Virus record (IMG/VR): IMGVR_UViG_3300020084_000003
Location: 62,001-126,000 of that record
Strand: one strand, 5' to 3'
Length of the DNA: 64,000 bases
Within the stretch, counting starts at the first letter, position 1, and each line of letters begins with the position of its first letter. Position numbers and translations under genes: made by a program. The notes under the pieces are model-generated. The model was not told the origin of the DNA, searched no databases, and was given only the letters and a program-made list of their open reading frames with translations. Positions 57,996 to 64,000 of the stretch are shown piece after piece.

Positions 57996-59049
57996 AGATG
58001 AAAAAATTCATGGCCTAATTCTCGGAACGTTCATGCCCTTTCATAAGGGGCATGAACTACTAATCAACTTCGGCAAAGAATATACTGAACAATTTGGGCG
58101 TGGTCGCCTTCTGGTAATTCTTTCATCTCGCAGCAATGAACCCATTTCAGGTAATATGCGTCTGGATGCAATCAGAAAGACTTTTGGAAACGATGTGTCG
58201 ATTTTTCATCATATTGACGATGATGCTCCACAAAATCCAAAAGACAAAGATGACGTTAAATTCTGGGAATACTGGAAGAAAGTTATCACCAAAGCTGCCA
58301 TTCAAAGTAATTTAAATCCATACGCAATAAAGTATGTATTTTCATCTGAAAACTATGGTGACAAAGTAGCAGAAATTATTGATGCAACTCATGTCAAATT
58401 TGACCAAGCTAGAACGGCTGTCCACGTAAGCGGAACGCAAATCAGAAACAACCCTTTGTCAAATTACCAACACATGAACGCGCACATGATTACAAATCTT
58501 CGTCGCAGGTATGTTTTGTTTGGAGCCGAATCGGTTGGCAAGACTACTTCTCTAAAATATCTAGGCAATAGTCACTACGGGTCACATACCCTACCTGAAT
58601 ATGCCAGACCGTTTTTAGAAGAATTGGAAGACAAGTCTCCGTCCGAAAAGAACATGTGCAGTATCTTCATGGCGCAGCATTCTATGGAAATTGCCGCAAT
58701 GAAACAAGTCGGCGGTTCTCTACTGACGTTTATGGATACTGATATCATGTCCACTTTTGGATATGCAAGGCTGGTAAAGATGAAAACAAATCAGTTTGAA
58801 CATTTGGTTCCAATTGATTTTAGAAGAACGTATTTCGTTCTGTCACAAGATGAGGTTCCTTTTGAAAAGGACATTCTCAGATATGGTGGCGATGTAAGAG
58901 AAACCAAGGATAGTTTTTGGATCAATCTGCTAGAAGAATTTAATCTAAGATACTTTGTTGTCAAAGGCGATTTCAGTAGCAGGATGGACCAAATTAACGC
59001 TATAATAGCAAAAGATTTCAAGAAGGACTTTCACTTTAACAGAGAGTAG
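57988..59049 (+). CDS. nadR: NadR-type bifunctional NMN adenylyltransferase / ribosylnicotinamide kinase (no HTH)
   Basis: GTFMPFHKGH, FSSENYG, VSGTQIR; GAESVGKTT P-loop, PEYAR, DTD. Confidence 0.88.
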   Translation: MSKDEKIHGLILGTFMPFHKGHELLINFGKEYTEQFGRGRLLVILSSRSNEPISGNMRLDAIRKTFGNDVSIFHHIDDDAPQNPKDKDDVKFWEYWKKVITKAAIQSNLNPYAIKYVFSSENYGDKVAEIIDATHVKFDQARTAVHVSGTQIRNNPLSNYQHMNAHMITNLRRRYVLFGAESVGKTTSLKYLGNSHYGSHTLPEYARPFLEELEDKSPSEKNMCSIFMAQHSMEIAAMKQVGGSLLTFMDTDIMSTFGYARLVKMKTNQFEHLVPIDFRRTYFVLSQDEVPFEKDILRYGGDVRETKDSFWINLLEEFNLRYFVVKGDFSSRMDQINAIIAKDFKKDFHFNRE

Positions 59050-59058
59050 GAAAATCTT

Positions 59059-59409
59059 ATGAAACAAGATTTCTTGATACACAAACTAGATATCACTATA
59101 AAAGTGGTCACTGATAATATGCTGGAAGTATCGTGGTATGGTTTCAACACCCGCCACGATATTGACGGTATGGTATTGGTTCAGACAGATGATGACCACA
59201 ATGATATATTCATGACAATAGAACATGATATGCATCCAATGGAAATTGGAGACAATACATCTGTCAACGTTTATCTGAAAAATCCAAATAAACGCAAAAG
59301 CGTATCCAAAGATGCGTGTCCTATGCTTAAAAAACTAGTAAACGAAATACAATTCAGGACACGCAAGCTTCATTTTTCAGGACTCGTCACGTCCGAAGTA
59401 GATATGTAG
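59059..59409 (+). CDS. Hypothetical protein
   Basis: ORF with AGGA SD following nadR. Confidence 0.55.
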   Translation: MKQDFLIHKLDITIKVVTDNMLEVSWYGFNTRHDIDGMVLVQTDDDHNDIFMTIEHDMHPMEIGDNTSVNVYLKNPNKRKSVSKDACPMLKKLVNEIQFRTRKLHFSGLVTSEVDM

Positions 59410-59760
59410 TAGTGTAATCACAACACCCAATAGCAGCAATGCTACGTGGAAATATGATACAGTATAAAGGGCAGCACCATACATAACGGTGAATATGTCC
59501 TCAAGACAGTCTACCTTATTACCACCATTAATATAGTCAATAAATTCTTTGACGCCGTATAACGCAAATGTTACCATCAGCATAGTTGCATATGTCATCG
59601 GAAAGATGTATATGGACACATGGGCTAGAATCCACATGAACGCACCGCCTAGCGCACCGTGCCAAACGCCTTCTGCCCCGCGTCTATAAGACTGTTCCGC
59701 TGGACCAAACTTGTTTGATGGTGTGAATAGTTCTTTGAAAAATTTAGCGATTGTCTTCAT
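59377..59760 (-). CDS. Hypothetical membrane protein
   Basis: AGGAG SD; three to four hydrophobic segments; isolated minus-strand gene. Confidence 0.55.
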   Translation of the reverse strand: MKTIAKFFKELFTPSNKFGPAEQSYRRGAEGVWHGALGGAFMWILAHVSIYIFPMTYATMLMVTFALYGVKEFIDYINGGNKVDCLEDIFTVMYGAALYTVSYFHVALLLLGVVITLLHIYFGRDES

Positions 59761-59811
59761 TTTCTTCTCCTGTTAATGTGTAGACTAAGGTATTTATTGG
59801 AAGGAGTTTTT

Positions 59812-60132
59812 ATGTCTAGGGTAATCAAACCAGAAATACACGCTATAGATTATCTGGAAGAAATTGTATCATACACAAAATATTTTTTAAATGCCGATTG
59901 CGCTGAAACTAAAAGCGATAGCTTTATCTATATAATGCATAGATGGGAAAATGCTGTAAGTGTTTTTTCAAAAAATCAAAAAATTGTAAATTATGATGTG
60001 AAAAAAATTGTAATAGAAAACAGGTATATAGGATTCCGAATAAATCATATCGCAGTTAATCATGAGAAAACGCATAACATACAAGTAGAATATAAAGATT
60101 GTGTGAATTTAATAACAGGAGAGATATTGTGA
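59812..60132 (+). CDS. Hypothetical protein (Cys-motif family, partial motif)
   Basis: AAGGAG SD; C-terminal IQVEYKDCVN. Confidence 0.55.
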   Translation: MSRVIKPEIHAIDYLEEIVSYTKYFLNADCAETKSDSFIYIMHRWENAVSVFSKNQKIVNYDVKKIVIENRYIGFRINHIAVNHEKTHNIQVEYKDCVNLITGEIL

Positions 60133-60497
60133 GTATTATTTTGGCTTTATTTCTTTTTAGCGGCATTGAGTCAAATGCAGATTTAAAAGAATACACCTAT
60201 GATCTAGATGGTGGTATCTGCACTCATGATGTGTCTGCCAGTTTTAACCCTCAAACAATTGAAATAAATGGGGGAGGAATTTATATGGGTAATGGCGGTA
60301 ATGTTAGATTTAGCGTCACCTTGGGTAATGGATTGATTATATACGGTGTGAGTCAATTTGGTTCAAATCCTAACTATGTCTACTATTATACCCTGAACCC
60401 AGAGACAGGAGATATTGGGGCATTTCAAACAAATAACCCAGAGGAACTTAAAGAAGAAGGAGCGGTTGATACGATGCAGTTGAAACCATGTAGATAA
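60129..60497 (+). CDS. Hypothetical exported protein (GTG start)
   Basis: AGGAG SD; short hydrophobic signal-like N-terminus. Confidence 0.5.
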   Translation: MSIILALFLFSGIESNADLKEYTYDLDGGICTHDVSASFNPQTIEINGGGIYMGNGGNVRFSVTLGNGLIIYGVSQFGSNPNYVYYYTLNPETGDIGAFQTNNPEELKEEGAVDTMQLKPCR

Positions 60498-60498
60498 T

Positions 60499-60861
60499 AT
60501 GAAACTTGAATACCAAAAAAACTTCGATGAGAAAATATTTAATAACTATGTAAAACAATCAATATTTGGAAATAATGAATTTTCCGAATTACATTTTAAT
60601 GATTGTAAGATAACTGTTTTGAATAGGTTATCATACGAAAAAACTATACGTTATGTAAACAAAAAAAATCTTGAGAATACACCTGTATTGACCCTTAGAA
60701 ATGTAGATGTATCAAGTGGGCCTGTAATATATGTGAGATATTATGATAGCAGTGAAAGTTATATAAAATCATCATATCCTTGTTACTATCACTCTATAAT
60801 AAAACCAGTAACCAGAAGGCACTCAGCAATAGCCTGTATAATGGAAGGAAATGCAACATGA
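60499..60861 (+). CDS. Hypothetical protein
   Basis: Tightly packed ORF. Confidence 0.55.
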   Translation: MKLEYQKNFDEKIFNNYVKQSIFGNNEFSELHFNDCKITVLNRLSYEKTIRYVNKKNLENTPVLTLRNVDVSSGPVIYVRYYDSSESYIKSSYPCYYHSIIKPVTRRHSAIACIMEGNAT

Positions 60862-61088
60862 CTAAACAACCAAGAGTATATAGAGGAATTGGATTTTTTG
60901 GAGTTCTGACAATCGTATTGATTGTTTTGAAATTGGCCGAAGTCATCAGCATTTCATGGTGGTGGATTGTGGCTACATTTTTTGCACCTTGGATCATCGG
61001 ATTTAGCATAATCGCATTCGGATTTATGGCTGTAGGACTTATATTTCTCGGTGCTTTGATTTTGGATTTGATTACAGGTAAACGGTGA
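60858..61088 (+). CDS. Small two-TM membrane protein (start at ATG 60858)
   Basis: GFFGVLTIVLIVLKLAEVISISWWWIV motif common in phage membrane proteins. Confidence 0.65.
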   Translation: MTKQPRVYRGIGFFGVLTIVLIVLKLAEVISISWWWIVATFFAPWIIGFSIIAFGFMAVGLIFLGALILDLITGKR

Positions 61089-61089
61089 C

Positions 61090-61578
61090 ATGATACTGGA
61101 TAGATCAGAACTAGGGAAGCAGATATTAGAAATGAGCTATACTGGTGAATGCTCATTTAGAAATAACATTGGCTTTTATAAAACCGATAATGGTAGTCTA
61201 GATTTTTATGAAGCTTATGGATTGTCTGATAGTATGCTAGATGATTTGGGTTTTGGGTGTGAAGATTATTTAAATTTCAAAAGCGATGAGTTTGTCCCAA
61301 GAGAAAAAGCAGAAAATTCATATGAAAGTAAAGCGCCTCTGTATAGATATGTAAACATACGTTTCAAGAAGCCATTCTATATTAGAGTGAAAAGAAGTAG
61401 ATTCACACATACATCAACAAACGGAAATATAAGCAGCTTCAATTTGCTAGATAAGTTTGAATTGTTTATCAGAGTTAGATTTGAGGGATGCCAATTTGAT
61501 GAATTGCCTGAAAAATACACGTTCTGTAGCTATAAAAATTGTTATGCGGATGATAAACTGATAGGAGATTTACAATGA
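61090..61578 (+). CDS. Hypothetical protein (Cys-motif family)
   Basis: KPFYI..IRVRFEGCQF..SYKNCY. Confidence 0.6.
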   Translation: MILDRSELGKQILEMSYTGECSFRNNIGFYKTDNGSLDFYEAYGLSDSMLDDLGFGCEDYLNFKSDEFVPREKAENSYESKAPLYRYVNIRFKKPFYIRVKRSRFTHTSTNGNISSFNLLDKFELFIRVRFEGCQFDELPEKYTFCSYKNCYADDKLIGDLQ

Positions 61579-61793
61579 ATATTTTATACCTGACAGATAG
61601 AGAGGCTACTAGTTACGGTCAACCTTCCGTTGGCAGTATCGCCTATATCAGCATTGATCTAATAAAGATGGCAATCAAGGAACATGCTGACTGGATTTTG
61701 GACTATGACGAAGACATTCATACAAAGGAGGAATTTCATTTTCATTCCAGTGCATTCGTTGCGCTGACGAACCTTTTGAAAGAAGTCAAGTAA
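61575..61793 (+). CDS. Hypothetical protein
   Basis: AGGAG SD; overlaps its neighbours. Confidence 0.5.
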   Translation: MNILYLTDREATSYGQPSVGSIAYISIDLIKMAIKEHADWILDYDEDIHTKEEFHFHSSAFVALTNLLKEVK

Positions 61794-62248
61794 TGTCAGG
61801 CAAAGAAATCTATAGTTATTTCATAAGCAAGTTTAAAGTGCCATATGGCACTGTAACTGAAAAACACACATACGAAGATATTGGACAAGTTACAACAAAA
61901 GTATCAATTAATGATGTAATTAAAATTATGGCAGTCGATATAGATGTTCGTGTGAAAGACGTTAACGAAAGTATTAATATACCGTTTCCTAATGGGTTGC
62001 GTAAGATTAAACTGGTTCCTAGAAAAAGTATCAGTATTGACAATATGTTAATTTCTTCAACTTTCCCTATAAACTTTTTCAATATGTATATTGAATATAC
62101 ACCATTTTTTATAGTGAACTTGATTGATGCTGAAAGAAGTATTATTAAAAGTCATTATATAAGATGCTACTTTTCTAATTGCGTAGTGCAGGGGAAAAAT
62201 TTGGAGATGCTGGAATATGACAACTGCGAAATCATCACTGCCACTTGA
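61793..62248 (+). CDS. Hypothetical protein (Cys-motif family)
   Basis: TPFFI..IRCYFSNCVV..EYDNCEI. Confidence 0.6.
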   Translation: MSGKEIYSYFISKFKVPYGTVTEKHTYEDIGQVTTKVSINDVIKIMAVDIDVRVKDVNESINIPFPNGLRKIKLVPRKSISIDNMLISSTFPINFFNMYIEYTPFFIVNLIDAERSIIKSHYIRCYFSNCVVQGKNLEMLEYDNCEIITAT

Positions 62249-62272
62249 CATTACCCCTCTGTATGATAAAGT
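62245..62272 (+). promoter_or_regulatory. Sigma70-like promoter
   Basis: TTGACA-N16-TAAAGT. Confidence 0.5.
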
Positions 62273-62366
62273 GTCATCAGGCATGGACCCATACCAAATT
62301 GGTGAAGGCTACAGAGAAACCATCTTTCACAAAAAAGGTGGTTTGTTTTAACTTGAAAAAGAAATA

Positions 62367-62717
62367 GTGTTGTCTTGTGTAAGATGGCACATTGGAAAAA
62401 TGTTTATAATAAGCATCGAAATAAATGGGTTTGTAAAAGAAAAGAACATATCTATACCTATGCCAGATGGCATGGAGCCTATTGTATTTGAGAACAAAGA
62501 TTACAAAAATATCTATACACCTGAAAACTTTGTGTATGACAAGGAAGTGGTCATTAAAAATAGAAACCTTGTGAGTGGAGTGATTTTTCGATTCTCTAGA
62601 AACTCCGGTTCTGAAATAATAACTGCGCCAATGATATATCAAGATTGCATTTATTATACAAGTCACAAATATATACCTTTAACAATTAATAGTATACAGG
62701 AAAACGACAATGGATAG
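62367..62717 (+). CDS. Hypothetical protein (Cys-motif family; possibly the 3' part of an interrupted ORF starting at 62283)
   Basis: PMIYQDCIY; in frame with a 22-codon upstream ORF that ends in TAA at 62349. Confidence 0.5.
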   Translation: MLSCVRWHIGKMFIISIEINGFVKEKNISIPMPDGMEPIVFENKDYKNIYTPENFVYDKEVVIKNRNLVSGVIFRFSRNSGSEIITAPMIYQDCIYYTSHKYIPLTINSIQENDNG

Positions 62718-63129
62718 TATTGAAGAAGCTATTAAAGAAATATATAAAACGACCTCTTTGAAGTTTGAATATAATGGCATCCATTGTGCAATTCACAAGA
62801 AGCTGTTTAATGCGGAACTTTATGTGAATTTGGATCAGGCCGAAGATACAGAAAAGAGAATAGGCAAATATATTGGCTTTGATTTTGAATACGATATAAA
62901 CAAGCATTTTCTTCCCAATACGAACATACAAATTCAAAAGAAACCAAATTTTGGCCTTGTTTTTGTCAACGAAGTAAAGCCCATTGAAATAAACCTTACG
63001 CTTGTGAGAAAGGAAGTAGAATATAAAACGAACACGTTATATAAAGGATGTGTTTTCAAAAGATCACAATGTTTAAATCCTGCGCGGTCTATTTTTGATA
63101 ACTGTGAAGGGGTAGATGGTTTAGAATAA
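62710..63129 (+). CDS. Hypothetical protein (Cys-motif family)
   Basis: KPIEI..TLYKGCVF..IFDNCEG. Confidence 0.6.
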   Translation: MDSIEEAIKEIYKTTSLKFEYNGIHCAIHKKLFNAELYVNLDQAEDTEKRIGKYIGFDFEYDINKHFLPNTNIQIQKKPNFGLVFVNEVKPIEINLTLVRKEVEYKTNTLYKGCVFKRSQCLNPARSIFDNCEGVDGLE

Positions 63130-63149
63130 CAACTCAATAGGATATAGAT

Positions 63150-63587
63150 ATGGAAAACGAGGTTTCAAAACTTATAGGTCGTTTCTTGGAAATTTCAAAA
63201 AAGAAGAACGATGATTATGAAGAATATTCTACCAGTGTCAAATCAGACGTTGAACCCCAGATGGACATTGCTTTAGAATTTTGGTATGATTTTTGCGAAA
63301 TTGTCGTAACGATATATTGTCATGCGTCAGTTTATGATGCTGAAAAATTCATAGTAGAATTGCCTAGTGGTGAAACGCTGTATTACAACCATTACTCTAC
63401 AAATACGGTCAACATTAGAAACATTGACACGAACGGATATGATATTCTCTTCTTTGTTGTATTTGAAAAAGAATACGAAGAAAAACAAGCAAAAGAAAGG
63501 TTAAATATCAAATATAAAAACTGCGTTGTAAACAATTATATGCTCTCTGATAATTCAGTAGAAGGATGTGAATTTTATGAAAGGTGA
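63150..63587 (+). CDS. Hypothetical protein (Cys-motif family)
   Basis: LNIKYKNCVV..SVEGCEF. Confidence 0.6.
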   Translation: MENEVSKLIGRFLEISKKKNDDYEEYSTSVKSDVEPQMDIALEFWYDFCEIVVTIYCHASVYDAEKFIVELPSGETLYYNHYSTNTVNIRNIDTNGYDILFFVVFEKEYEEKQAKERLNIKYKNCVVNNYMLSDNSVEGCEFYER

Positions 63588-63978
63588 TAGTAAAAAACTG
63601 GTGGATATTTACACTAGGCAAATGCAAGGGCTTGATACATCTCCATATAGGATATTGGTTAATCAATCGAAATATTTGGACGTTTATTCTATGGGGGTCG
63701 AAGATATCACTATGGAAGAGTTTGGAATTTCCAATATAGACCATGAACAGTTTAATCTGAAAACCATAAAAGACTCATTTCAAAAACCTGAATTTCATAG
63801 CTTTGAAGTTGATAACTTGATTCTCATATACCCATTAAGATTGACATTTTTTGTGGGAACTATAGAATACCATTTGAATGTAAAACATAATAACTGCATA
63901 TTCAAATTAGGCCAGAAGAAATACTATGAAACTATTAACGAGCATAATTGTGTATGGTGTTTAGATGATGTTGGGTAA
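63568..63978 (+). CDS. Hypothetical protein (Cys-motif family)
   Basis: YPLRL..LNVKHNNCIF..EHNCVW. Confidence 0.6.
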   Translation: MNFMKGDSKKLVDIYTRQMQGLDTSPYRILVNQSKYLDVYSMGVEDITMEEFGISNIDHEQFNLKTIKDSFQKPEFHSFEVDNLILIYPLRLTFFVGTIEYHLNVKHNNCIFKLGQKKYYETINEHNCVWCLDDVG

Positions 63979-64000
63979 AACTGAAAACAAGCTACTTGAA

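Noticed and set aside
1-64000. Alternative genetic code (stop-codon reassignment)
   Set aside because: Core genes are full length under code 11, and TAA, TAG and TGA all terminate genes; the single in-frame TAA at 62349 is isolated

Overview
A 64-kb segment of an AT-rich, T4-like (T4-superfamily) myophage genome. The host is probably an alphaproteobacterium: there is a GapR/DUF2312 gene, and one sigma70 promoter has a GCTAGA -10 element. 1-40.3 kb (+) is the late virion module: gp6-gp7-gp8, two tandem VrlC-like ~1,860-aa paralogs, two tail-fibre genes plus a chaperone, and gp13-14-15-16-[terminase-ATPase paralog]-17-18-19-20-X-21-22-23, punctuated by T4-type TATAAATA late promoters and intrinsic terminators. 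40.4-57 kb (mostly -) holds auxiliary and replication genes: NadE, SLOG/DprA-like, Pth2, YqeY, GapR, LemA-like, DUF932, DUF2786, PAAR, PhoH, a HAD phosphatase, RNase H, a glycosyltransferase, dNMP kinase, a GIY-YIG endonuclease, RuvC-like, glutaredoxin and an adenine MTase. After a structured divergent-promoter region at 57.05-57.34 kb come pnuC-nadR and a run of small unknown ORFs. Most notable observations: (1) a stand-alone, probably catalytically dead terminase-ATPase paralog between gp16 and gp17; (2) a cryptic tandem family of small proteins sharing a C-terminal Cys motif at 59.8-64 kb; (3) twin GCGAAGC mini-hairpins at the strand switch; (4) a NadE + PnuC + NadR NAD-supply set; (5) a 92-bp near-identical island shared by the otherwise diverged VrlC paralogs. 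All calls come from motif recognition by eye; no database searches were run.
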